64,000 nucleotides of DNA, taken from Burkholderiaceae bacterium. Its GTDB lineage: Bacteria; Patescibacteriota; Saccharimonadia; Saccharimonadales; AQU-01. Of this stretch, positions 8,093 through 16,431 are shown one piece after another. The position numbers and the translations under genes are program-made. Below the pieces are notes generated by a model. The model saw only the letters and a list, made by a program, of their open reading frames with translations. It made no database searches and had not been told where the DNA came from. The stretch covers positions 11,071 through 75,070 of the forward strand of contig JAYVTZ010000013.1 in the NCBI GenBank assembly GCA_043788365.1. Direction: 5' to 3'. Position 1 is the first letter of the stretch. The number at the start of each line of letters is the position of its first letter.

Positions 8093-9625
8093 ATGCGTTG
8101 GTTAAGTAGTTTAGTGGATCAAGTTTTAGCCGAGCACCCCGAGGGTGAGATTCTGATTGAGTCGGGGGCTTCGCCTTCGGGCACCTATCATATGGGCCAC
8201 CTGCGGGAAATATTGACATGTGACGCGGTACTATTAGAGATAAGAAGTCGTGGTCGCGAAGCTAGACATGTACAATTTGCTGATGATTTAGACGCATTAC
8301 GAAAGGTACCGGTTAACGTTTCGGCTGAATATGAAAAGTATTTAGGTAAGCCGCTCTGTGATATACCGGCACCGGACGGCTCAACTAAGTCATATGCTGA
8401 CTATTTCCTAGACGACTTTATTGATAGTGCCAAGGCTTTGGGCGTCGAAATGGAAGTCATTAACAGTCATAGCAAGTATCGATCTGGTTATTTTGTACCA
8501 GCTATCGAGAAAGTTTTATCAAAACTGCCCGAGGCGAAACATGCCCTCGAAACAATTTCAAGTCGTAAGCTAGACGACCACTGGTCGCCAATCCAAGTTA
8601 TGGAAGATGGCTATTTGAAGAACCGTAAGTTCATAAGCATTGACATTGGCGCCAAGCAGGTTGAGTACGAAGACAACGAAGGGACTAGAAGTAGCGTCAA
8701 CTACAGCGATGGCAACGTAAAACTAGACTGGCGACTTGATTGGCCGGGTCGCTGGTGGTTAATGCGGGTTGCGGTTGAGCCTTTTGGCCGTGACCATGCC
8801 AGTGCTGGTGGTTCGTTCGATACTGGTAAGGAAATTATGAAGGTTGTCTACGACGCGCCAGCGCCGACGCCAGTCCCGTATGATTTTATTAACAGGGCTG
8901 GTGATACCAAAAAAATGAGCGCCAGTAAGGGTACGGGCATTGCCGCCGCTGAAGCCGTGAAGGTCCTACCGCCAGAAGTTCTAAGATACTTTGTCTTGTC
9001 ATTTCCGCCCGAAAAGCGACTGTATTTCGACCAAATTGATGGGGCCGTTCGCCTAGTCGACGAATATGCAGCTCTTAGCGCTAAGACTGACTTGACCGAA
9101 GATGAAAAGCACACATTATTTATCTGTACCCGCGGTTCGAATGATCGCACAGTTAGTCGTGTGCCATTTTCACACCTTGTCGCTAGTTATCAAGCCGCTC
9201 TTAAAGACGTTGATGCAACTCTCGAAATTATTAAGCGCACCGAACACGGCGACATTGTCGAAGCCGACAAAGATATCATCAAAAATGAACTAAAGTTTAT
9301 TAAGCAGTGGCTGGATAAGTGGGCACCAGATGAAGTTAAATTTACGATTAAAGAATCGGTAAATAAATCAGAGTTCAGTGAGCTAGAAGTAAACTACTTT
9401 AGTTCACTGGCTGATAAAATTGCTTTAGCCCCAAAAGATGCCGATGGAGAATGGTTTCACAAAGCTATTTATGAGTTTAAAGATACAAGTCATTTAGAAC
9501 CAAAAGTTTTATTTACAAGTCTATATCGTTTACTAATCGGCAAAGAAGCTGGTCCACGAGCTGGCTGGTTTTTGAGTCTTTTGCCGAGAGATTGGCTGCT
9601 TGACAGGCTAAGGCTGCATAAATAA
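8093..9625 (+). CDS. lysK: lysyl-tRNA synthetase, class I type
   Basis: Class I signatures: PSGTYHMGHLRE (HIGH-like) and KMSASKG (KMSKS). The 510-aa length fits class I LysRS. Confidence 0.85.
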   Translation: MRWLSSLVDQVLAEHPEGEILIESGASPSGTYHMGHLREILTCDAVLLEIRSRGREARHVQFADDLDALRKVPVNVSAEYEKYLGKPLCDIPAPDGSTKSYADYFLDDFIDSAKALGVEMEVINSHSKYRSGYFVPAIEKVLSKLPEAKHALETISSRKLDDHWSPIQVMEDGYLKNRKFISIDIGAKQVEYEDNEGTRSSVNYSDGNVKLDWRLDWPGRWWLMRVAVEPFGRDHASAGGSFDTGKEIMKVVYDAPAPTPVPYDFINRAGDTKKMSASKGTGIAAAEAVKVLPPEVLRYFVLSFPPEKRLYFDQIDGAVRLVDEYAALSAKTDLTEDEKHTLFICTRGSNDRTVSRVPFSHLVASYQAALKDVDATLEIIKRTEHGDIVEADKDIIKNELKFIKQWLDKWAPDEVKFTIKESVNKSEFSELEVNYFSSLADKIALAPKDADGEWFHKAIYEFKDTSHLEPKVLFTSLYRLLIGKEAGPRAGWFLSLLPRDWLLDRLRLHK

Positions 9626-9627
9626 AA

Positions 9628-10842
9628 ATGGATCAAAAGTTATTGGAGAAGAAATACCTCCAATCACGTGTCTTTGGGTCACTATGGTTTATGGGCGCCA
9701 TAGGGCTATTCTTCTATAGATTTTTTATGACAGATTACAGTGTTGGTATTTTGGATGCAATATCTTTTGGAATAGGCCTTTTAGCAGAAATTCCAACTGG
9801 TGCACTTGCTGACCACTTTGGCAGAAAAAAACTTGTAATTATAGGAATCGTGATAGCAGGGCTTGGGATGTCCGCTCAAGGTTTAGCAAGAGGCTACTGG
9901 TTAATTCTAGTAGGGCAAGTTGCCGTAACCGTAGGTTGGGCCTTCAGGTCTGGAGCCGATGACGCGTTGTTTTATGATTCTCTCAAATACGATGAATCAA
10001 GTAGTAGCTGGAAGAAGCTCGTATCAAAAGGTAATCAGATTGGACTTGCGACTACTTTGATTGCGAACGTTATCGGTGGTTTTTTGTATACGCTTTCGCC
10101 AAGATTACCTTTTCTAGCTGCGATACTAACCATTGGTGGAGCCTTAGTAATTATAGATATCCCAGAAATCAGAAACAAACGTAGTGCTCAAAAGAAAAAA
10201 CTAAAAGCACATCTTGATACCGTCAGAATTGGGTTAACTCAACTGCTCAACAAGCAGATCATCGGCTATATCCCGATAATACTAGTGTTAGAAGGGCTAT
10301 TTTATTCATTTGGCTATGGCTTACTACGGCCAATATTACAATCTAGGTTTAATTTCGGTGCTAGTGCTAGCGGTATAGTTCTATTGATTTGCGGATTAGT
10401 TGCCTTAATATTTCAAAAAATCCAGAACGATAATGTTGATAAGATATCAGAGAGAAATAGTATATTCGGAATTGGTATTATTGCCACAGCAGCACTAATT
10501 CTTGGCTCGTTTTCGATCGGCCATCTTGGGTTTGTAGTCATCTTAATAATTTATGTATCTGAATATTTATTAGATCCAATTATTAGCGCTGGGCTAAATA
10601 CTCATATGAAGTCAGACAATAGGGCGACTGGCTTATCTGCCGCCTCATTCTTAAAATCCTTGCCTTATGTCATAACCGCACCAGTCATCGGGTACTTAAA
10701 TTCCAGAGGCGAACTAAATATATATTTGCTAACCATTGCTGTATTAAATATTTTTGCAGTTACATTTTATTTATTAAATATTAGAGATCAAAAACAACTT
10801 AGCAATTTTAGTAATATTTTCGACGAGGAAAGACAGCAATAA
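9628..10842 (+). CDS. MFS-type transporter
   Basis: About 12 hydrophobic segments and a GALADHFGRKK loop 2-3 motif. Confidence 0.7.
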   Translation: MDQKLLEKKYLQSRVFGSLWFMGAIGLFFYRFFMTDYSVGILDAISFGIGLLAEIPTGALADHFGRKKLVIIGIVIAGLGMSAQGLARGYWLILVGQVAVTVGWAFRSGADDALFYDSLKYDESSSSWKKLVSKGNQIGLATTLIANVIGGFLYTLSPRLPFLAAILTIGGALVIIDIPEIRNKRSAQKKKLKAHLDTVRIGLTQLLNKQIIGYIPIILVLEGLFYSFGYGLLRPILQSRFNFGASASGIVLLICGLVALIFQKIQNDNVDKISERNSIFGIGIIATAALILGSFSIGHLGFVVILIIYVSEYLLDPIISAGLNTHMKSDNRATGLSAASFLKSLPYVITAPVIGYLNSRGELNIYLLTIAVLNIFAVTFYLLNIRDQKQLSNFSNIFDEERQQ

Positions 10843-10872
10843 CATGGTGCCAGTAATGACCTTGATGTATAC

Positions 10873-11616
10873 TTGTATTCAATGATTGAGGTTAACAAGC
10901 TTACAAAAGTCTACGGCAAAAAACAGAACAAATTTGTTGCTCTAAAAAATATTAATTTTAATATTCCAAAAGGCGCGACAGTTGCGATCATTGGTAAAAG
11001 TGGCTCGGGTAAATCGACACTGATGCATATTATGAGCGGGCTTGATCATCCTGATGAGGGCAGTGTGGTGATTGGTGGCCATACCTTACATAAACTCAAG
11101 GGCAAGGCGATGGACAATTTCCGCGCCAAGCAGATGGGTTTTATTTTTCAAGCTTTCTTTGTTGAGGGCAATCAAACTTGTTTCGAAAATGTCATGTTGC
11201 CGCTTGAAATTGCCAAGATTCCACGTGGTGAGAGGCGTAAGCGTGTCGAAACCGCCCTTAAAGCAGTAGAACTAGCGGATAAAATTGACGTTAAGGCTAA
11301 GAATTTGTCAGGTGGTCAGAAGCAGCGCCTTGCTATTGCTCGGGCAATCGTTAATAAGCCCAACCTAATTTTCGCCGATGAACCAACCGGTAACCTAGAC
11401 AGTACAACCGGCAATAAAATAATGGAGTTATTGTTTGGGCTTAACCGAACGCTTGGTAGTACGCTTTGCATCGTTACTCATGACCATGAGCTGGCTAGCA
11501 AATGCCAATACCAAATTAGGTTAAAAGACGGAGCGGTAGAATCAATTGTTGAGAGCGATCACCCACTGCTGGCAGCAAATATAAAGACTACTAAAGGGAC
11601 AAAAGGCAAGGCTTAA
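10873..11616 (+). CDS. ABC transporter ATP-binding protein (MacB/LolD-like)
   Basis: Walker A GKSGSGKST, signature LSGGQKQR, Walker B LIFADEPT. The likely true start is the ATG at 10882 (MIEVNKL), 8 nt after TATACT at 10868-10873. Confidence 0.9.
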   Translation: MYSMIEVNKLTKVYGKKQNKFVALKNINFNIPKGATVAIIGKSGSGKSTLMHIMSGLDHPDEGSVVIGGHTLHKLKGKAMDNFRAKQMGFIFQAFFVEGNQTCFENVMLPLEIAKIPRGERRKRVETALKAVELADKIDVKAKNLSGGQKQRLAIARAIVNKPNLIFADEPTGNLDSTTGNKIMELLFGLNRTLGSTLCIVTHDHELASKCQYQIRLKDGAVESIVESDHPLLAANIKTTKGTKGKA

Positions 11617-11620
11617 ACTT

Positions 11621-12985
11621 ATGTATTTGCGAGATACGATTAGACGCAGCGGTCGCAGCCTAAAAAGCGCTAAAGGCCGGACTATTTTAACCGCTCTTGC
11701 TATCGCCGTTGGCGGCTTTACGCTGACCATTACTCTTGCCGCCGGCAACGGCATAAGTGACTATACTAACAAGTTTGTAGCTAGCAACCTTGACCCAGCC
11801 GAGCTAATCGTAACGAGAGATAAAGATGCTTTTGCACTCGGTGGTGGCGATAATAAACCAAAAGAATTTGAAGATAGTGTCGCCTCGCTTAACTTTGGCG
11901 GTGGTGGTGCAACTGTCCAGTTTAAACAGGTTACCGACAAAGATGTGGCAGAAATTAGGGGACTAAGTTTTGCCGAGCAGGTTAGAGAACGATACACCTT
12001 ATCGGTTCGTTATGTCACTAGGCCTGGCATCAAAAAATATACAGCCAGTGCTGAGGCTTATAATCCGGCCCAAAAACCAGACCTAGCGGCGGGTAACCTC
12101 CCGTCTGGCAGCGATTTAAACAAGGGTGAAATAGTTTTACCGGAAGATTATGCCACTATTCTTGGCTTCAAGGATGACGCTGATATGTTGGGCAAAACAG
12201 TCACCGTTAACATTCAAAAATCATTTTCGACCGAGTCGATTATTGCCCAGTTCCAAAGTGGCGGTTTGACGAAGCTTGACCCGACAAAATTAGCCCCTAG
12301 CACTACCGACCAGACCTACACGGTTGCGGCAGTTAGTAAAAAATCAACTACAGCACTTGCACCTGGACCGTTGTCGATAATTTTTAGCTCCAAAGATTCT
12401 AGAGCGATATACGACTACGAAGCTAAGGATACGGCTAATTATGGCAAGTATTTCACGGTCTTTGTCCACGTTCAAGACGGCAAAGATGATGCTAAACTGA
12501 CGGCTGCACGTCTTGAGCTGGAGAAAAGAGGCTACTTCGTAAAAACTAGTAAAGACTTGCAGGCCACCATCAATAAAATTGTTCAAATCTTTACGGCTTT
12601 AGTTGGGGTCTTCAGCATCATTACCTTAATAGCCTCAGTTTTTGGAATAGTCAACACGCAGTATATTTCAGTGCTTGAGCGGACCCGTGAGATTGGATTA
12701 ATGAAGTCGCTGGGCATGCGTAGTCGTGACATCAGGCGCTTATTTATGCTTGAAGCTGGCTGGATTGGCTTTATCGGCGGCTTAATCGGCACGGTCGCCG
12801 GTGTTATCATGGCCATCATACTCAACCCATGGATAGACAAGCAGCTCGGCGTTCACTTTATTTTTAGGCCAGTTCAAGTAGTGGCTTTAATAATCGCCTT
12901 AATTTTGATTGCAATTTTAGCTGGTTTCTTCCCAGCTCGCAAAGCCGCACGGCTTGATCCGATTGAAGCGCTGCGCACCGAATAG
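11621..12985 (+). CDS. ABC transporter permease, FtsX/MacB-type with a large extracytoplasmic domain
   Basis: One N-terminal TM, a long loop, and a C-terminal FtsX-like 3-TM bundle (REIGLMKSLGMRSRDI, ARKAARLDPIEALR). Confidence 0.85.
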   Translation: MYLRDTIRRSGRSLKSAKGRTILTALAIAVGGFTLTITLAAGNGISDYTNKFVASNLDPAELIVTRDKDAFALGGGDNKPKEFEDSVASLNFGGGGATVQFKQVTDKDVAEIRGLSFAEQVRERYTLSVRYVTRPGIKKYTASAEAYNPAQKPDLAAGNLPSGSDLNKGEIVLPEDYATILGFKDDADMLGKTVTVNIQKSFSTESIIAQFQSGGLTKLDPTKLAPSTTDQTYTVAAVSKKSTTALAPGPLSIIFSSKDSRAIYDYEAKDTANYGKYFTVFVHVQDGKDDAKLTAARLELEKRGYFVKTSKDLQATINKIVQIFTALVGVFSIITLIASVFGIVNTQYISVLERTREIGLMKSLGMRSRDIRRLFMLEAGWIGFIGGLIGTVAGVIMAIILNPWIDKQLGVHFIFRPVQVVALIIALILIAILAGFFPARKAARLDPIEALRTE

Positions 12986-13099
12986 TTTGTGATCTAAGCA
13001 CTAGCGTAATAACTAAGATTTCTTTATAGTATTAACAGATTAATTAGTTGAGGTATTATGTAGCCGAGTGGAGACAGATCAGTAGTTATAAGTTTTCGA

Positions 13100-14467
13100 T
13101 TGGAACACCTACTAGGCTGGGGTGTCACTATTGGCTTGTGTGCGGTACCATTGGTTCTATGGCTGAATCTACATCCTCTGTCGACCGTCCAGGGTTTCCC
13201 GGCCATTATGCTGGCAATTGGTCGTGTGACTGGGCTAATTGGCATGGTAATGTATGCCTTAAACTTAGTTTTTGCCACTAGACTTCGTTTCTTGGAAAAC
13301 TTTTTTGGTGGTCTCAACCGTGTCTATATCGCCCATCACATGCTTGGTGGCTTTGCACTGATATTTCTGTCACTACACCCACTATTTTTGGCACTACGCT
13401 ACATAAAAGTCTCTTTACTGCAGGCGGCACTGTTATTAATTCCTAACGGACTAACTCCTATCGGGGCACTATTTAATACCAACTCTCCATATCACAGCCT
13501 GGTCTTGGCGCAGTGGGCGACCTTCTTTGGTATCATTGCGCTTTGGGGCATGGTAGTGCTGCTGCTGGTAACTTTCTTTATCAAAATCCCATATCGTATT
13601 TGGCTATTCACTCATCAATTCCTTGGCTATGCCTTTTTTATTGCCGGCCTACACGTATTATTCATTTCATCTGATACTTCGAGAAGTAGTGCTTTGAAGT
13701 ATTACATCTTGGTGATGTCGGCTATTGGCATCATTGCCTTTATCTATCGTAGTATAGTTGGCAAGATTCTAATTCGTCATTACAAATATACCGTCGATCG
13801 GGTGATTGGTTCACCGACGGGTGTCACGCAGTTGCTTATGACCCACCAGAAACTAAAGATGAGCTATCGTTCAGGCCAGTTTGTATTTGTCAGGTTTCTG
13901 GGTGATGGTAGTGATGGTATTAGCCGCGAGTGGCACCCGTTCTCAATCTCGTCGTCACCAAAAGATACACAACTACGTCTTAGTGTTAAGGCGCTTGGTG
14001 ACTACACGACTATTTTGGGTAACTTGAAAGCAGGCACCACAGCCGAAGTTGAAGGTGCTTACGGTCGGTTTGGCTACACTAACTTCAATAATAAAAACCA
14101 GGTTTGGATAGCTGGTGGCATCGGCATTACGCCTTTTATTTCTATGGCTAGGGATTTAAGGCCCGATGACGGGTTGCGAATCGACCTGTACTACTCAGTC
14201 AAAACCGCCAGTGAGTTAATTAATTGGGAGGAATTGACGGGTATCGTTGCATTGAAGAACGGCTGGTTTAGATTAATTCCATATGTAGGCGACCAGCAGC
14301 CAGGGCACTTAAATGCTGATTTCATCGAAAAAAACAGTAGTGGCACCAAAGGTAAGGACTTTTATATCTGTGGTCCACCGGGAATGATGAAGTCACTACG
14401 CGAACAATTGCGCCAGAAGCATGTGCCAGGTACGAGTATTCATAGTGAAGAATTTGCAATGTCGTAA
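13100..14467 (+). CDS. NOX/ferric-reductase-family flavocytochrome (6-TM bis-heme domain plus FAD and NAD(P)H domains)
   Basis: Two His pairs 13 residues apart sit in TM segments (IAHHMLGGFALIFLSLH; THQFLGYAFFIAGLH). These are followed by HPFSISS (FAD), GGIGITPF (NAD(P)H) and CGPPGM. Confidence 0.8.
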   Translation: MEHLLGWGVTIGLCAVPLVLWLNLHPLSTVQGFPAIMLAIGRVTGLIGMVMYALNLVFATRLRFLENFFGGLNRVYIAHHMLGGFALIFLSLHPLFLALRYIKVSLLQAALLLIPNGLTPIGALFNTNSPYHSLVLAQWATFFGIIALWGMVVLLLVTFFIKIPYRIWLFTHQFLGYAFFIAGLHVLFISSDTSRSSALKYYILVMSAIGIIAFIYRSIVGKILIRHYKYTVDRVIGSPTGVTQLLMTHQKLKMSYRSGQFVFVRFLGDGSDGISREWHPFSISSSPKDTQLRLSVKALGDYTTILGNLKAGTTAEVEGAYGRFGYTNFNNKNQVWIAGGIGITPFISMARDLRPDDGLRIDLYYSVKTASELINWEELTGIVALKNGWFRLIPYVGDQQPGHLNADFIEKNSSGTKGKDFYICGPPGMMKSLREQLRQKHVPGTSIHSEEFAMS

Positions 14468-14535
14468 GTAAGGGAAGTCAAAATGAAAGATATAGCTGAA
14501 CACAAAATTTGCTCTAATAACAAGAAGGTTGCCAT

Positions 14536-15288
14536 ATGTGGTTAAAGCGACTGGTTGGATTGACTATGATAATCACCTTAGTTGGTATGAATGCACTGGT
14601 TGTTTTTGGACTGCTCGCACCTCCGAAGAAAAAAGAGGTTTTCATTGAGCCAGCAGTTGTGGCTGTCGTTCCAGTACCGACAGTAACATTAGCGATAGAA
14701 CCAGCCGTCGTTCCGGCCCAAACTACCTCAGGTCTAAAATGGTCGACGACTGGTAATCCAACTGATTGTAAGGCGACGGGCGCTTGGTCTGGTGCCAAAA
14801 CACCATTTGGTTCGGAGAGTACTGGACGTCTAGCTACCCCAGGCAACTTTACCTATACACTGAATTGCACCAATGCCAGTGGTAGTGCTGTTGCAGCAGC
14901 GACAGTAACAGTTGGTAACGCCATTCCACCCAAGAAAAGTGTTGTTAGCTCGAGTACGGCTAATGCCGGCGGAGCAACCTATTGTGGTGGCAGGGCACCA
15001 TGCTACGGCAAAAAAGACATTGCCTCGCATTCATCACAAGGTAACTGTTGGGGTTGGAATGGTGATAGGGTCATAAACGTTGGTAGTTTTGATAGCGCCT
15101 ATCATCAGGCTAAGTCTGGTATTAGTAGTATTCAAATCGGTGGTGTCTGTGGCACCGACCTTGGGCCGTCACTCGGTGGTTCGGTGTCTGCCGGCGGCCA
15201 AACCCGTAATCATAATCCAACTTCCAAAGCTAACTTAGACAAAAATATGACGCCGTATTTTGTCGGTTATTTTGACGCCACTAAGTAA
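14536..15288 (+). CDS. membrane-anchored surface protein: one two-Cys Ig-like repeat plus a Cys-rich cytochrome-b5-like C-terminal domain
   Basis: N-terminal TM, then the repeat LKWSTTGNPTDCKATGAWSGAK...YTLNCTNASGS. The C-terminus reads YCGGRAPCYGKKDIASHSSQGNCWGWNGDRVINVGSF and is paralogous to the C-terminus of 16428..18929. Confidence 0.7.
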   Translation: MWLKRLVGLTMIITLVGMNALVVFGLLAPPKKKEVFIEPAVVAVVPVPTVTLAIEPAVVPAQTTSGLKWSTTGNPTDCKATGAWSGAKTPFGSESTGRLATPGNFTYTLNCTNASGSAVAAATVTVGNAIPPKKSVVSSSTANAGGATYCGGRAPCYGKKDIASHSSQGNCWGWNGDRVINVGSFDSAYHQAKSGISSIQIGGVCGTDLGPSLGGSVSAGGQTRNHNPTSKANLDKNMTPYFVGYFDATK

Positions 15289-15302
15289 TAAGAAAGAATA
15301 AT

Positions 15303-15845
15303 ATGATTGCCAAAAAATCACCGAGTAACAGCGTAAATTTAACCCGTCAGCAAGCAAAAAATCTGTTGGTTATTGTTGGTGGGATCTTGCTCCTGTCGGT
15401 TATATTACTTTTAATGGCATTCAGGGTCGAACACCGCGAGGTGAATAGACTAAGTGCAATACCAACAAAGTCAATTGAGCTAGGTAAACCGATTACGATG
15501 GGTGCCGTCGAGGTGACAATTGATAAGGTTGCTTATGGGACTGGTCAACCGCCATTTATCGCTCCTAAAGGTAAACGTTACGCTATTGTCAGCTTTAATA
15601 TAATGAATAGAACAGACGCGCCGATTCAAGTCTTGCCAGCTAATGACCTATATCTTAAGAATAGCGCCGGCGATGTTGCTTATATCAGCCCTTATTCATT
15701 GGAGCAACCGTTTCGTGCCGGTGAGTTATCACCTGGTGAGCGTCAAAAAGGCGACCTAAGCTTTCTAGTTAGTGACTCGGGCGACTATAAGCTTTATGTT
15801 GATGCTATTTGGAGTGGCGGCGTAATTACTTTCGCAACTAAGTAA
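15303..15845 (+). CDS. membrane-anchored DUF4352-like beta-sandwich protein
   Basis: N-terminal TM, then the pattern RYAIVSFNIMNRTDAPIQV...LKNSAGDVAY...LSPGERQKGDLSFLV, typical of DUF4352. Confidence 0.6.
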   Translation: MIAKKSPSNSVNLTRQQAKNLLVIVGGILLLSVILLLMAFRVEHREVNRLSAIPTKSIELGKPITMGAVEVTIDKVAYGTGQPPFIAPKGKRYAIVSFNIMNRTDAPIQVLPANDLYLKNSAGDVAYISPYSLEQPFRAGELSPGERQKGDLSFLVSDSGDYKLYVDAIWSGGVITFATK

Positions 15846-15918
15846 CGATGTGACTAAGACGGTTGTATAAGAGGGGTCGAGTCTTATATAATACGCTTAA
15901 GCTAAATGTGGAGAATTA

Positions 15919-16431
15919 ATGATTACGCTAGGCATTGGCATCAAGATACGACAAGCACTGGGTTCAATAATGATTGTTTTTGGACTAAGCCTTATCCTTA
16001 TTGGCGCAAACCAAACTTTAATTAGACATCAGGACGAGCTAGCTTCTAAGCAACTCATAAATCAGAATCAAGTTTTAGGTGCAACATATATTGCCAAAGA
16101 TTACTCAGTCTATGTTAATAAAGTCGTCTCTCATCCAACAGATATTGCTAATAGTGGGCGGCGTTATTCGGCAGATGTAACACTAGTTAACACCTCAAAC
16201 CTAGCCCTAGATTATTCACCTGGTCTACAGCTGAGTTTGGTAGATGGAACTGGGCAAATCTATGCACCGACTGCAAAATATCTGGCTGATGGTCAGACGC
16301 TAGGTGGTAGCCTTGCCCCAGGTCAAAACACGACATCGACTATCGACTTTGATTTGCCTCAGGCGTCTCAACCAACCGAACTACAGTTTCAAGAAGATTT
16401 AACCAGCAAAGTAACCAAAATCAAATTATGA
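15919..16431 (+). CDS. membrane-anchored DUF4352-like protein
   Basis: N-terminal TM, then YSADVTLVNTSNLALDYSP...LVDGTGQIY...LAPGQNTTSTIDFDLP. Confidence 0.55.
   Translation: MITLGIGIKIRQALGSIMIVFGLSLILIGANQTLIRHQDELASKQLINQNQVLGATYIAKDYSVYVNKVVSHPTDIANSGRRYSADVTLVNTSNLALDYSPGLQLSLVDGTGQIYAPTAKYLADGQTLGGSLAPGQNTTSTIDFDLPQASQPTELQFQEDLTSKVTKIKL

Noticed and set aside
13048-13281. 77-aa ORF overlapping the start of the NOX-like gene
   Set aside because: It is in a different frame from a gene with strong motif support. It has no independent signals and looks like a composition artefact.
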